Source: Acidobacteriota bacterium | GTDB taxonomy: Bacteria; Acidobacteriota; UBA6911; RPQK01; JAPXNP01 | NCBI GenBank assembly: GCA_037388505.1 | Contig: JARRKC010000002.1 | Location: 25,320 to 89,319 of the forward strand | DNA: 64,000 bases | Reading direction: 5' to 3' | Part shown: one piece after another, positions 20,524 through 31,283 of the stretch | Layout: each line of letters opens with the position of its first letter | Position numbering within the stretch: the stretch's first letter is position 1 | Position numbers and translations under genes: made by a program | The notes under the pieces: model-generated | What the model saw: the letters and a program-made list of their open reading frames with translations, nothing else | Database searches by the model: none | What the model was told of the DNA's origin: nothing

Positions 20524-21261
20524 TCAGCTCTCCGCGAACAAGCTATAGAGAAGGATGCCTGCCGCAACCGAGAGATTGAGGGACGTAACCTCTCCCCTCA
20601 TGGGCAGCCGGATCAGGAAGTCACAGTGTTCTCTGACCAGCCGACGCAGCCCGCGATCTTCGCCGCCCACCACGATCACCAGTGGGGCGGAACGATCGAT
20701 TCCACTCGAATCTTCGCTCCCGCGCATGTCTAGCCCGATCCTCCAATAGCCCGCTTCTTTCAGCTTCTCCAGCGTCTGAACTACATTGCCAATCCGGCCG
20801 ATGCGAAGGTGGAGTGCCGCACCCGCGCTGGTCCGCACGACCGTCGGCGTGACTCCGCAGGAGCGGCGCTGGGGAAGCAACACCGACTTGATACCAATTG
20901 CCTCCGCGGTACGGAGGACCGCCCCCAGGTTGCGGGGATCTTCAACTCCGTCGAGCAGCAGAATGCGCTCTGGTCGGGCTGCCAGAACTTCATCGAAATG
21001 GACCAGGGCGGCCTCGGTCACTTCCGCGATCACGGATTGATGGCCGCGCGTTCCGGCTTTACGAGTCAGGGCCTCGGGTGGCTCGAAATGGACAGGAATG
21101 CCCAGCTGGCGGGCCCGGTCGATGATTTCCTGCAAGCGCGGATTACCGCGTTTGCCGGCCACGCTCACGTTTTCGACGTGAGCGCCGGACGCTGCCAGTG
21201 CTTCCAGAACCGAGTTGACGCCGAACACGATCATGGTCACTTCAAGAACGGCTTCGGACAC
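20524..21261 (-). CDS. rlmB: TrmH/SpoU family RNA 2'-O-methyltransferase (RlmB-like)
   Basis: SpoU substrate-binding N-terminus and SPOUT motifs (LLLDGVEDPRNLGAVLRTAEA; LVIVVGGEDRGL; NLSVAAGILLY). The alternative start MIVFGVNS is 27 nt inside. Confidence 0.65.
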   Translation of the reverse strand: MSEAVLEVTMIVFGVNSVLEALAASGAHVENVSVAGKRGNPRLQEIIDRARQLGIPVHFEPPEALTRKAGTRGHQSVIAEVTEAALVHFDEVLAARPERILLLDGVEDPRNLGAVLRTAEAIGIKSVLLPQRRSCGVTPTVVRTSAGAALHLRIGRIGNVVQTLEKLKEAGYWRIGLDMRGSEDSSGIDRSAPLVIVVGGEDRGLRRLVREHCDFLIRLPMRGEVTSLNLSVAAGILLYSLFAES

Positions 21262-21352
21262 AGGCGACGCAGAGGAGACCGGGATCGACGCTCCTCGGGC
21301 GTGGCAGTCTCAGCGTCCCATTCTCCTCTCTGTTCCATCTGTTGTATACGCC

Positions 21353-22876
21353 CTATTCTTCCTCTTCGTCACCCGACTCGCCGATCGCTCGGATCGCCGC
21401 GTCCACTCGATCGCGCACTCCGATCAGTGGAAACGGCAGCCCCAGGCGTGAACCCTCCTCGATCAGCGGTATCAGCCGGTCCAGTTCCGGGCCGGAACTG
21501 CGGCCGGTCACAGCAACTCGAATGGGGTGGAACAAGAGCTTCCCTTTGATGCCGGTACGCTCTTTGACGCCCAGGACCGCATCTCGATAGTCGTCGAACG
21601 TCAGGGGGCGGTCGTCGGTCGGAAGCGCCTCCCGAAAGGCCGTGATCACCTCGACTGCAGTCGGCTGAGCCAGGATAGCAGCACTTTCCGGATTTTTCAG
21701 ATCACAGTCTGGAGCGAATCCCAGAATCTCCGGTATGACTCGGGTGAGATCCGAGAGTTTGTCGACATAGTTGGCTGATAGCACCAGCAGTCGTTCGGCC
21801 CAGGCACTCTGGGCCGAGGAGACGGCAGTCGCTGGGAGGACGCGCGCGTCGATCAGATAGGGGAGCGCCAAGCTCAGGAGAGCCTGTGACGAAAGTTCCC
21901 GAAGGTGGGTCCGGTTGACCCAGTTCAACTTGTCGAAGTCGAATGTAGCGGGACTAAGCTGAACCCTCCCCAGATCGAAGTCCTCGATGATCTGTTCCCT
22001 CGTCAGAATCTCGCCTTTCTCTTCGGTGGGGGACCATCCAAGGAGACTCAGGTAGTTCAACAGTGCTTCCGGAAGGTAGCCGGCCTCTCTGAACTCGGCA
22101 ATGGAAGTCGCCCCGTGCCGCTTGCTCAGTTTCGTACCGTCCGGTCCGAGGATCGTTGACAAATGAGCATAAGCCGGAGGTTCCCAGCCCAAGCTCTCGT
22201 ATAAGAGCAGCTGGCGAGGGGTGTTGGATAGATGACCCTCCCCGCGGATGACGTGGGAGATCCTCATCAAGGCGTCGTCAATGACGCAGGCGAAGTTGTA
22301 CTGGGCGGATCCGTCCGATCGAAGCAGAACGAAGTCACCGATTTCAGAGGTCTCAACGACGATATCCCCGAAGACCAGATCATGCTGGTGAACGCTCCCT
22401 GGTCGAATCCTCAGGCGAATCGTGGCCGCCTCGCCACCCTCGACGCGTCGGCACGCCTCGTCGGGGTCCACGGTACGACACCGTCCCGAATAGTGGATGG
22501 GGCCGCCTGCTGCCTGCTGGGCTCTCCGGTCTGCCTCGAGCTGTTCCGGAGTGCAGAAACAGTAGTAGGCTCGCCCTTCTGCGAGCAGCTGCCGCGCGAA
22601 TCGCTGATAGAGCTCGAAGCGCTCGGTCTGGCGGTAAGGTCCAAACGCCCCCCCTTTGCCGATGCCTTCGTCCCAATCGAGCCCCAGCCACCTCAGGTCG
22701 TCGATGAGTTGTTCTTCGAACCGAGACTCGGACCGTTCCCGGTCGGTATCCTCGACTCTGAGGATGAAGCTGCCACGCTGCTTCTTCGCCACGAGCCAAT
22801 TGAACAGTGCGGTTCGGACATTGCCCACGTGAAGGAGCCCGGTCGGACTCGGGGCGAACCTGACTCGAGTCATCAT
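21353..22876 (-). CDS. gltX: glutamate--tRNA ligase
   Basis: Class I HIGH motif RFAPSPTGLLHVGNVRTAL and KMSKS-type KLSKR. Start taken at MMTRVRF; the ORF is open to 22999. Confidence 0.9.
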   Translation of the reverse strand: MMTRVRFAPSPTGLLHVGNVRTALFNWLVAKKQRGSFILRVEDTDRERSESRFEEQLIDDLRWLGLDWDEGIGKGGAFGPYRQTERFELYQRFARQLLAEGRAYYCFCTPEQLEADRRAQQAAGGPIHYSGRCRTVDPDEACRRVEGGEAATIRLRIRPGSVHQHDLVFGDIVVETSEIGDFVLLRSDGSAQYNFACVIDDALMRISHVIRGEGHLSNTPRQLLLYESLGWEPPAYAHLSTILGPDGTKLSKRHGATSIAEFREAGYLPEALLNYLSLLGWSPTEEKGEILTREQIIEDFDLGRVQLSPATFDFDKLNWVNRTHLRELSSQALLSLALPYLIDARVLPATAVSSAQSAWAERLLVLSANYVDKLSDLTRVIPEILGFAPDCDLKNPESAAILAQPTAVEVITAFREALPTDDRPLTFDDYRDAVLGVKERTGIKGKLLFHPIRVAVTGRSSGPELDRLIPLIEEGSRLGLPFPLIGVRDRVDAAIRAIGESGDEEEE

Positions 22877-23247
22877 CGGCCCAGTATAAACTGGCCGCGG
22901 GCTCATTGCCCGGCCGGAGCCCGAACAACGGCGGGCTGTTTCGCGCGAGTTCGATGCCTCGCGCCGCAGTCGCTCAGCCGACCGGGAAACTGAACCCATG
23001 CGGAGGCCGTCACCATCTAACCTAATGTACTTGTATCTCTCGCTGGTCTGACCGGGAATTGATCCCGCACCTGCAGGCAGGTGATGCCCGAAGGTTTCCG
23101 ATCATTCCAGATGAGTGCAGAAGGAGAACAGCGTCTGCGAAGGCGCTGCAGGTTTTCTTTCGGGGGCTATGACGTAGTATGATTCCATGATCGCGCGGTG
23201 AGGGGGACGATTCAGGGTTGCCTCACGGCGCAGGGTGCACGGATTGA

Positions 23248-23276
23248 TTGACGCATGAACCGGGCAGGCATACAAT
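23248..23276 (+). promoter_or_regulatory. candidate sigma70 promoter for the outer-membrane protein gene
   Basis: TTGACG (23248-53), 17-nt spacer, TACAAT (23271-76), about 30 nt upstream of the ATG at 23308. Confidence 0.4.
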
Positions 23277-23307
23277 TCGGGTTCGAAGGTCCGGACCTCA
23301 AGTCAGC

Positions 23308-25089
23308 ATGACGAGAACACGCTTTACATCCAGGATTTTGATCGCCCTGGTGTTCGTGGCGGGCTTTACTGCATCCCAGGAGGGCTTCGCCGCCACAGGA
23401 TCCGGGAATCTGAGTGCGCTGCTTCTAAATGAAGCCGGGCAGCCTTTGTCCGACGTCTTCGTAACGGTCCTCAACCGTACCGCGCACACGACTTTCCCCA
23501 CCCTGACCCGCACGGATGAGAGTGGGCGGATTTTCCTGAGTGACCTGGACACGGGAACCTACCAGCTGAACGTCAAGAGTGCGCAGTATCGTGATCCGGT
23601 GAGCCGGCTGATCGAAATCATGCCGGACCGAACCGCCATTGTGACCCTCATTCTTCAGCACCTTTTAGATTTCGGAGAGGACCAGGACAATCTCAGTTTC
23701 AAGGCACTGCTGAGGAATTCCGAGACCCAACGACTGATCTTTCGTGCGTTGCCGGATTTCGGTGGAACCCTGCCGGGCTCAGAGGAGAGCCGGCGACCCG
23801 TGGAAGAGGCGGTCGTTCAAGTCTATACGAATGGAAGCCTGGGGGGTGATTATGTCGCCTTCCCTGGCGACGCCGCCAGTGGAACCACCACGAACTTTGC
23901 TGCCGTGCTCCAGCCCCTGGGTGGGGCGCAGCATGTCGTCGCCGGACAGCTGAATTCCGGAGAAGAATCGCTCTGGCGGATCAAGAACATCGTCGGCTAT
24001 CGGGTTAGTGACCTTCATTGTTTGCGGATGTTCCTGGGATATGGCCGCCTCAGTTTCGAACAGCCCAGTCTGTCGCTTCTGGCCGATCCGAATGCGGAAC
24101 CCGACCATGGTGAGTTTGCCGCGCTGCCGAGTACGTCCCAGCTGCTCAACATCGGCTTCGAGGACAACTGGCAGTTCGGTCCGGCGCTGACCTTCACCTG
24201 GGGTCTCGAGCTCGATCGGGTGCGCGGGGGACATGAATCATCCTTCATCAACCCTTCGGCGAACGTTCAGTACAGGGCTACGCGCTCGACGACCGTCCGG
24301 TTGACGCTGGCTTCGAAGCGGAGCACTGCGGCCAACACCGTCATGCTTCCAGACGGTGAGCCGGTGAGTCTGGCGACGCCGGTGCATATCGCCCGGCTGG
24401 GAGATGAAACCCTGTTCGGTACCGGCCGTCACTGGCTCGGCTCGGTCACCCAGAACCTGACGCCCGATTCTCAGGTCGAATTCGCGGTCTTCGACAATCT
24501 GATGTTCGGCGGGGGGTTCCCGGTCGTGGCGGTGCTCGGCAAGCACGCGGACACCTCGGTGCTTCCCGTATCCGACGGCAAGACCGAGACTCGGGGTTGC
24601 CGTCTCTCCATACGACACTCGCTCGGTGAGAACCTGAAAGCGGAGGTGTCGTTCGTCAGCGCGTCGGCACCCGGCCTGATTGCTGCTCCGACGGAGTTGT
24701 CGCATCTCCAGTCGAGCGTCGGCCAGCGCTCCTATCATGGCATCGCGACTCAATGGGAGGCCTATATTCCAGCTTCGAAGACCCACGTGACGACGCTGGT
24801 CCAGGTGGTTCCGGACGGCAACCCGCTCGCTACCCTCGATTCCTACTCGGACGTCTATGACACCGGCAACGAGGGGGTCAACGTCTTCGTCCGCCAGATC
24901 ATTCCGTTGCCCCAGGAGTTGCTGAAGTTCTTCGGACTCGAATTCTTAGCGCCTCAACGAGTGGAGGCACTGTTTGACGTTCGGAATCTCTTCAATGATG
25001 ATTCGGGAACGCTCCAGCTGGCCTCGGGTCAGGTCCGCCTTGTGCAGAGCCCTCGCTCCATACGCGGTGGTTTTGCCTTCAAGTTCTAA
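23308..25089 (+). CDS. outer-membrane beta-barrel protein with N-terminal carboxypeptidase-regulatory-like (CarboxypepD_reg) domain
   Basis: Signal peptide MTRTRFTSRILIALVFVAGFTASQEGFA. CarboxypepD_reg-like beta-sandwich (LLNEAGQPLSDVFVTV...TGTYQLNVKS). Alternating-hydrophobic strands; C-terminal GGFAFKF with a terminal Phe. Start chosen at the ATG at 23308; the ORF is open from 23248. Confidence 0.6.
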   Translation: MTRTRFTSRILIALVFVAGFTASQEGFAATGSGNLSALLLNEAGQPLSDVFVTVLNRTAHTTFPTLTRTDESGRIFLSDLDTGTYQLNVKSAQYRDPVSRLIEIMPDRTAIVTLILQHLLDFGEDQDNLSFKALLRNSETQRLIFRALPDFGGTLPGSEESRRPVEEAVVQVYTNGSLGGDYVAFPGDAASGTTTNFAAVLQPLGGAQHVVAGQLNSGEESLWRIKNIVGYRVSDLHCLRMFLGYGRLSFEQPSLSLLADPNAEPDHGEFAALPSTSQLLNIGFEDNWQFGPALTFTWGLELDRVRGGHESSFINPSANVQYRATRSTTVRLTLASKRSTAANTVMLPDGEPVSLATPVHIARLGDETLFGTGRHWLGSVTQNLTPDSQVEFAVFDNLMFGGGFPVVAVLGKHADTSVLPVSDGKTETRGCRLSIRHSLGENLKAEVSFVSASAPGLIAAPTELSHLQSSVGQRSYHGIATQWEAYIPASKTHVTTLVQVVPDGNPLATLDSYSDVYDTGNEGVNVFVRQIIPLPQELLKFFGLEFLAPQRVEALFDVRNLFNDDSGTLQLASGQVRLVQSPRSIRGGFAFKF

Positions 25090-25298
25090 TCGGCTTTTGT
25101 CCCCTCCTCCACACCGCGGGACTTTCGAGTCCCTCCAGCGAGTGTCTCGATCGAAGAGCTGCCGATCCAAATTTGTGAATGCGTATCCATGTATTTGAAT
25201 TACAGGGCAGTACGGGAATGGCTCGAACTCCTCCAACACGTAGAGAGGGAGCTTGGCGGGCAGGCTCTTGCAGAGAACTTCCGCGGACGACGGACAAC

Positions 25299-25314
25299 TG
25301 GCACTTAACGTGCT
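25299..25314 (+). promoter_or_regulatory. candidate sigma-54 (-24/-12) promoter upstream of the PDZ sensor kinase
   Basis: TGGCACttaacgtGCtt. GG and GC have the canonical spacing, with a perfect TGGCAC -24 element, about 50 nt upstream of the kinase ATG. Confidence 0.5.
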
Positions 25315-25365
25315 TGTGGTTGCGTTTTAAGGATGTTTATGCCTGACGTGTCTTAAGGACGAGCT

Positions 25366-28218
25366 TTGATGATGAGATCAGGTCGAGTAAGAACACTACT
25401 GATTCTCATTGCTGCCCCGCTACTCGTCTATCTCGCGCTTGTCAACATTGCGGATCGAATCACGTGGAAGGTACCTTCGGACGGCATCCCATGGGCAGAG
25501 GGGAAGGATGGCGTCGAAGTCGCGGCCGTCTCCGGGATTCAGCTGCCCCCCGAGGTCTCGCCTGGGGACATTCTGATCGATATCAACGGCATTAGGGTCC
25601 GATCCCTCGACGACTACGCCGAAATCACCGAGGTCCTGACGCGCGGCGTCAGAAAGTCCGTGGTTGTCGACTATACCTTTCGTCATGCCGGCACTGCGGG
25701 GGAGGTAACGGTCCCGGTCGAGCTGACCGCAGCTCCGCAGATTGGCGTCACGGACATACCGTTGATCCTGGTCGCCTTCGTCTTCTTTTCCGTCGGTGTA
25801 TTGACACTGTTACGCAACGCACGTGCTGCAGGCGCCCACCACTTTGCAGTGGTTTGCCTCGTTGCCTTCATGCTGCTGGTGTTTCGGACATCCGGCAGGG
25901 CAGACACATTCGATCTGCTGGTCTACTGGCTTGCGGGCTCGGCTCTTCTTCTGTTGCCGCCGTTGTTTCTGCATTTCGCCTTATGCTTCCCGGAACCGGT
26001 TGCTGTGCTGCGGCAATGGCCCAAGCGTGTGTACGTCGTGTACGCCCCGGCCGCCGTTCTGGGTCTGATCCAGGCGGTATGGTTCACGGGTCGCCTTCAG
26101 GTGTTCGGTTTGGCGCGAACTCATCGCGTGGAGTACGCTTTCGACAAGGTGGAGCTCGTCCAGTTCGTCGTCTACTTCGTGCTGGCGGCTCTAGTCTTCA
26201 TGAAGTCGCGCCGGCCAACGGCGACCGTGGTCGAGCGCAAGCAGTTGCGGTGGATCGCATCCGGCTCGCTGCTGGGAATCCTGCCATTCGGGCTCATGTA
26301 TGCTGTGCCTTACCTGCTTGGTCTGCCCGTGGCTCATTGGATGGAAGCATCCGTCCTTTCACTCGCTCTGATTCCCTTCAGCTTTGGATATGCAATCTCG
26401 AAGTTCCGTCTTGCCGACGTTGATCTGATCTTCAAGCGAGGCGCAGCGTACGTCGTAGCGAGTTCGGCCTTGCTTGCCTTCTATGTCGCTGTGGCCCTGC
26501 TGATCGGGAGGACTGTTCAGAATCTGTCGCCGCAGTCCAGTTTTCTGCTGCTGGCCGTGTCCGCTTTGGCCGTGGCTGCGCTGTTTGCCCCGTTACGCGA
26601 CCGCATCCAGGAAACGCTGGATCGCTATTTCTACAAGGACCGATACGGCTATCGGCGATCGTTTCAGGACTTCGCCCGCTCGCTGGGCTCCGAAATCCAG
26701 CTCTCCCGCCTGACCGAGAGAATGACTGACCGTATCCAACGAACGCTCGACGTCTCACCCGTGGCGATCTTCTTGCGGGATGAGCGGACTGCCGGAGAAT
26801 TCAGGCTTCAGACGGCTGCCGGTTTGGTTGCGTCGGACCAGCCTTTCACTCTTCGCATCACTGGACCCGTTCTCTCCGAACTGGCCGGTGACCGGCTGGG
26901 ATTCCATCTGGATGCGGGAGGCGAGGATCTTGCACCCGTTCGTGAATCCCTCAGCCCCTGGGGTATTCAGTATGTCGAGCCTCTGGTCGTGCGCGGAAGA
27001 CTGATCGGTCTTCTCGCACTCGGACACCGCCCCGACGGAGACTATCTGACCAGCGAAGACCTCGAGATGGTCTCCGGGTTGGCCGGCTACGCGGCGATCG
27101 CCATCGACAACGCAACGCTGTATCACTCGCTCGAATCCAAAGCCGCGGAACTGATGCAGTTGCGCATCTACAGTGACAGCGTCATCGAGAGCATCAGTCT
27201 CGGGGTGGCGGTGGTGACAGCGGAAGGCAGGATTACGGTCTGGAACGGCGCCATGTCGGAGCTGATGGGAATGACACGCGAGTCAGTTCTGAATCGGGAG
27301 ATCAGTGAGGTACTTCCATCTGGGCTGGTCGATGTGCTGGCTCGGATCGCCGAGAGTCCCGAATGGCTGGTCCAGGAGGTGCGCCGCGGCTACAAGGTTC
27401 GTCTCGATTTTCCCGACGGACAAGCAAAACTTCTCAACATCACGTTGGCACCCTTTATCTCGCCGGAGAGCTTCAACACGGGAACACTGCTGATCTTCGA
27501 TGACATCACCCAGAAGGTCCGGCTGGAAGGCCAGTTGCAGCAGGCCGAACGATTGAGTTCGATCGGTTTGTTTGCCGCGGGGATCGCCCACGAAGTCAAC
27601 ACGCCGCTGGCGGGCATTTCGAGCTACGCTCAGATGTTGCTGGATGAAACCCCGAAGAGCGATCCCAATCGAGAGTTGCTGGAGCGAATCGAGCAGCAGT
27701 CCTTCCGAGCCTCGGAAATCCTCAACAACCTGCTCAACTTCGCGCGATTCTCCGAGCGCGATTTCGAGGAGGTCAACCTCAACAACCTGATGCTGGACAC
27801 CCTGTCTCTGCTCGAACATCAGTTCAAGAAGAGTGCCGTGGAGGTGGATCTCGACTTCGAGCCCACGCTCCCCAAGACCCTCGGCAACGGAGGGAAACTC
27901 CAGCAGGTTTTCATGAATCTGTTCCTCAATGCTCGGGATGCGATGCCCCGGGGAGGTCGGCTGAAACTGGTCAGCCGGAGTGTGAACTCCGAACTCCTGA
28001 TTCAGATTCAGGATTCGGGAACCGGGATCTCACGCGAGGATATTCAGCGGATCTACGATCCCTTCTTCACGACCAAGGCGGTTGGCGAAGGGACGGGCCT
28101 GGGCCTCTCTGTTACCTATGGTATTATCCAGGAGCACTCCGGAAGGATTTCGGTTGACAGCGTGGAGGGAAAAGGAACCACATTCTCCCTTTACTTCCCG
28201 TTGAAGCGAGTGCACTGA
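25366..28218 (+). CDS. multidomain sensor histidine kinase (periplasmic PDZ-like, about 7 TM, GAF, PAS, HisKA, HATPase_c)
   Basis: PDZ-like segment SPGDILIDINGIRVRSLDDYAEITEVL. Many TM helices. GAF-like RGRLIGLLALGHRPDGDYL. H-box SSIGLFAAGIAHEVNTPLAGI. G-boxes DSGTGI...GTGLGLSVTYGI. Confidence 0.85.
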   Translation: MMMRSGRVRTLLILIAAPLLVYLALVNIADRITWKVPSDGIPWAEGKDGVEVAAVSGIQLPPEVSPGDILIDINGIRVRSLDDYAEITEVLTRGVRKSVVVDYTFRHAGTAGEVTVPVELTAAPQIGVTDIPLILVAFVFFSVGVLTLLRNARAAGAHHFAVVCLVAFMLLVFRTSGRADTFDLLVYWLAGSALLLLPPLFLHFALCFPEPVAVLRQWPKRVYVVYAPAAVLGLIQAVWFTGRLQVFGLARTHRVEYAFDKVELVQFVVYFVLAALVFMKSRRPTATVVERKQLRWIASGSLLGILPFGLMYAVPYLLGLPVAHWMEASVLSLALIPFSFGYAISKFRLADVDLIFKRGAAYVVASSALLAFYVAVALLIGRTVQNLSPQSSFLLLAVSALAVAALFAPLRDRIQETLDRYFYKDRYGYRRSFQDFARSLGSEIQLSRLTERMTDRIQRTLDVSPVAIFLRDERTAGEFRLQTAAGLVASDQPFTLRITGPVLSELAGDRLGFHLDAGGEDLAPVRESLSPWGIQYVEPLVVRGRLIGLLALGHRPDGDYLTSEDLEMVSGLAGYAAIAIDNATLYHSLESKAAELMQLRIYSDSVIESISLGVAVVTAEGRITVWNGAMSELMGMTRESVLNREISEVLPSGLVDVLARIAESPEWLVQEVRRGYKVRLDFPDGQAKLLNITLAPFISPESFNTGTLLIFDDITQKVRLEGQLQQAERLSSIGLFAAGIAHEVNTPLAGISSYAQMLLDETPKSDPNRELLERIEQQSFRASEILNNLLNFARFSERDFEEVNLNNLMLDTLSLLEHQFKKSAVEVDLDFEPTLPKTLGNGGKLQQVFMNLFLNARDAMPRGGRLKLVSRSVNSELLIQIQDSGTGISREDIQRIYDPFFTTKAVGEGTGLGLSVTYGIIQEHSGRISVDSVEGKGTTFSLYFPLKRVH

Positions 28219-28231
28219 GGCATCCGTTTTC

Positions 28232-29611
28232 GTGGCGAGTCCAACCATTCTCCTCATCGACGACGAGGAAATCATGCGGGAGGTGATCTCGAAGCTTCTC
28301 GCGAAGGACGGGTACCGTGTCTTTACCGCCTCCAACGGCGATGAAGGTCTGGAGCGTCTCAAGGAAGAGACGGTCGATCTGGTGTTGCTCGACCTGATGC
28401 TGCCCGGAAAGAGCGGGTTGCAGGTGCTCGATGAGATTGCGGCATTCGACTCCGATATCGTCGTCGTGATGATCTCGGCCTATGCCTCGATCGAGAATGC
28501 CGTGCAGGCGACCAAGGCGGGAGCCTTCGACTTCATCACCAAGCCGTTCAAGAACGACGAACTGCGTCACATCGTCCGCAACGGCCTGCGTCGGCGTTCT
28601 CTCGAGATCGAGAACCGGCGGCTCAAACAGACGCTCGAAAAGCGATATTCCTTTCACAACATCATCGGCAAGAGTGAACCGATGCAGCGGGTCTTCGATT
28701 TGGTCGACCACGTCGGACCCAGCCGGAGTACGGTCCTGATCGTTGGTGAAAGCGGCACCGGCAAAGAGTTGATCGCCAAGGCAATCCACAACAGCAGTCC
28801 CCGGAAAGACAAGCCCTTCGTGGCGCTCAACAGCGGAAGCATCCCGTCCGATCTCCTCGAGAGCGAGCTGTTCGGTCACGTCAAGGGTGCGTTCACTGGA
28901 GCGGTCGCGACCAAGAAGGGTCTGTTCGAGATCGCGGATGGGGGAACAGTATTCTTGGATGAGGTTGGTACCGTTCCGCTCCAGACTCAGGCCAAGCTCC
29001 TGCGCGTCATTCAGGAGCGGGAATTCCGCCGCGTCGGGGGGCTCGAGAACATCAAGGTCGACGTCCGGATCATTGCCGCCACGAACATCGATCTGCGCGA
29101 AGCCGTCGAGGCGGGGGGATTCCGAGATGATCTCTACTATCGCCTCAACGTGATTACGGTTCATCTTCCGCCCCTCCGTGATCGTCCAGAGGACATTCCC
29201 CTATTGGTCGAGCACTTCCTGAAGCGTTTCTGCGAAGCCAATCAGAAGCCGATTTGTACCTTGGATCCGGCCGCTCTGCGGCTGCTCATGGAGCATGACT
29301 GGCCCGGCAATGTCCGAGAACTCGAGAATGCAATCGAGCGGACAGTCGTGCTGGCCCCCGAGGATGGAACGATCCGTGAGAAGGACTTGCCGCACGATAT
29401 CCAGCAGTCTTCGAACGCCGGTCTGGGCCGGATGCAGTGGACTGACACGGGTGGCTCCCTGCGCGAACGCGTCCTGGATTACGAGAGGAATCTGATTCTG
29501 ACGGCTCTCAAGAAGACGGACTGGAATCAGAAGCGCGCAGCCCAGCTTCTGAAGGTCAATCCGACGACGCTGAATGAGAAGCTGAAGCGCCTCGACATCA
29601 CGATTCCCTGA
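28232..29611 (+). CDS. sigma-54-dependent response regulator (NtrC/AtoC family)
   Basis: GTG start. Receiver [13 protein letters not shown]...D. AAA+ domain with GESGTGKE Walker A and GAFTGA ([15 protein letters not shown]). C-terminal [18 protein letters not shown]. Confidence 0.9.
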   Translation: MASPTILLIDDEEIMREVISKLLAKDGYRVFTASNGDEGLERLKEETVDLVLLDLMLPGKSGLQVLDEIAAFDSDIVVVMISAYASIENAVQATKAGAFDFITKPFKNDELRHIVRNGLRRRSLEIENRRLKQTLEKRYSFHNIIGKSEPMQRVFDLVDHVGPSRSTVLIVGESGTGKELIAKAIHNSSPRKDKPFVALNSGSIPSDLLESELFGHVKGAFTGAVATKKGLFEIADGGTVFLDEVGTVPLQTQAKLLRVIQEREFRRVGGLENIKVDVRIIAATNIDLREAVEAGGFRDDLYYRLNVITVHLPPLRDRPEDIPLLVEHFLKRFCEANQKPICTLDPAALRLLMEHDWPGNVRELENAIERTVVLAPEDGTIREKDLPHDIQQSSNAGLGRMQWTDTGGSLRERVLDYERNLILTALKKTDWNQKRAAQLLKVNPTTLNEKLKRLDITIP

Positions 29612-29788
29612 ACCCACTCGTTTCGCACTCCCCTGAAGAATTGTGTTAATTTGATCTTTTAGAGGTGCTGATTTCGTCTAATGAGCGAGGTGTTTCGTCT
29701 CAGCGAGGCGATGATCAACCGCCCGACTCTTAACGGAGGGTACGAACTTGTTTGTAGCGATAGGGTCACTCTGGCAGTACTTCAGTCA

Positions 29789-30395
29789 GGGTGGTTTGAT
29801 GATGTGGCCGTTGCTTGCCTGTTCCATTCTGGCTGTGATCTTCATTGTCGAGAGGGTCATTGCCTACTATCGGGTCAAAGGTGATACAGCGGAAATCGTA
29901 GCGCAGGTGCGAGAGTCGCTACTACAGCGTCAGTTGCGACGAGCCATTGAAGTCTGCGAAACCTTCGATCACCCGGTCGCGGTGACCTTGAAATCGGGAC
30001 TCTTGCGCTTCGGGAAGGCCCATGAGGAGATCGACAAGGCCATGGAGAGCGTCGCTCTGCATGAGGTCTCGAAGCTCGAGAAAGGCTTGTGGATTCTCGC
30101 GACGATCGCCAATGTCGCTCCGCTGTTCGGCTTTCTCGGAACGGTCACTGGAATGATCGCATCGTTCGAGGCTCTTGCTGAAGTCGGACTGGGCAATCCG
30201 GAGGCGGTTGCCGGTGGTATTTCTGAAGCTCTGATCACGACCGCCACCGGGCTGATGATCGCGCTGCCCGTTCAGGCCGCCTACAACTATTTCAGCAACC
30301 GAGTCTCCCAGTTCGCTCTCGACATGGAGATCAGCTCTTCAGTGCTCCTGGAGACCTTCAACGAGATCGAAGTCGATACCACGGAAGCAGCATGA
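29789..30395 (+). CDS. exbB: MotA/TolQ/ExbB proton-channel family protein
   Basis: MMWPLLACSILAVIFIVER...IANVAPLFGFLGTVTGMIASF...LITTATGLMIALP. Start chosen at ATGATG (29789) behind AGGGTGG; the ORF is open from 29748. Confidence 0.85.
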
Positions 30396-30835
30396 GGCTC
30401 CGCGATCAAGTTCGAACGATCAAACCGACCGTGCCGACGGCCTCGATGGCGGACATCGCCTTCTTGCTGATCATCTTCTTCATGCTGACGACCTCGTTCT
30501 CTCCCGAACGTACGAGCGTCAAGTTGCCGGAGTCGGTAATGCGGACGGAAGTCTCCAAGGACGCTGCGATCGTGGCAATTGCCGGAAACGGGACCATCAT
30601 GTTCACGAGCGGCAAGGAAGACGCGGTTGCCCTGTCGGGGCCGGATGATCTGGGCAAGCGCACCAAAGAGCTGATCACGCAGGTCCCGGACAAGGAATTC
30701 GTCATCAAGGCGGACCGTGACGCCAGGTATGAGTGGATCGATCAGGTTCTCGACGCCCTCAGGAAGAATGGTGCTCGCAGGATTGGCTTGCTGACCCGGC
30801 CGGAGCCGATCCCGCAACAGGCGGCGGGGGGTTAG
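30392..30835 (+). CDS. exbD: ExbD/TolR biopolymer transport protein (copy 1)
   Basis: SMADIAFLLIIFFMLTTSF TM helix. 4-nt overlap with exbB. Confidence 0.85.
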   Translation: MRLRDQVRTIKPTVPTASMADIAFLLIIFFMLTTSFSPERTSVKLPESVMRTEVSKDAAIVAIAGNGTIMFTSGKEDAVALSGPDDLGKRTKELITQVPDKEFVIKADRDARYEWIDQVLDALRKNGARRIGLLTRPEPIPQQAAGG

Positions 30836-30839
30836 CACG

Positions 30840-31283
30840 ATGGATCTGAGAAACCGACGCAGATTTCGCCGATCGGCGGAAGTTCCGACCTCCTCGATGG
30901 CGGACATCGCCTTCCTGCTGATCGTCTTTTTTATGTTGACGGCCGTCTTCGCGTCCACCCAAGGGCTTCAGTTCCAGTTTCCGAGCGACAATCCGAACGA
31001 CCTGAACGTGCAACCCGAAGAGGCGATTCACATCAAGATAAGCGGAGAAGGCCAGTATCTGGTGGACAAAGTTCCCATGACCCTCGGGGAACTCGGGGGA
31101 TACATTCAGGGAAAGATGCAGCAGAATCCCGCAAAGCCCGTCATCGTCCAGACTCTTCCGGAAGTACCGTACCATTCGATGGTCGATGTATTCGACCTGC
31201 TCAAGCAGCTGAAGGTTCGGAACATTTCCATACCGACTGAGACGGAGATTGCACGCTGGAAGGCTCTGGGATACTTCGAGTGA
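30840..31283 (+). CDS. exbD: ExbD/TolR biopolymer transport protein (copy 2)
   Basis: SMADIAFLLIVFFMLTAVF. Paralogous to the preceding gene. Confidence 0.85.
   Translation: MDLRNRRRFRRSAEVPTSSMADIAFLLIVFFMLTAVFASTQGLQFQFPSDNPNDLNVQPEEAIHIKISGEGQYLVDKVPMTLGELGGYIQGKMQQNPAKPVIVQTLPEVPYHSMVDVFDLLKQLKVRNISIPTETEIARWKALGYFE

Noticed and set aside
22877-23247. T-box or other leader element upstream of gltX
   Set aside because: No specifier/T-box motif (AGGGTGGNACCGCG) is visible. The region is better explained as a divergent promoter region.
28124-29164. 346-aa minus-strand ORF
   Set aside because: Antisense to the sigma54 response regulator, which has clear Walker A and GAFTGA motifs.
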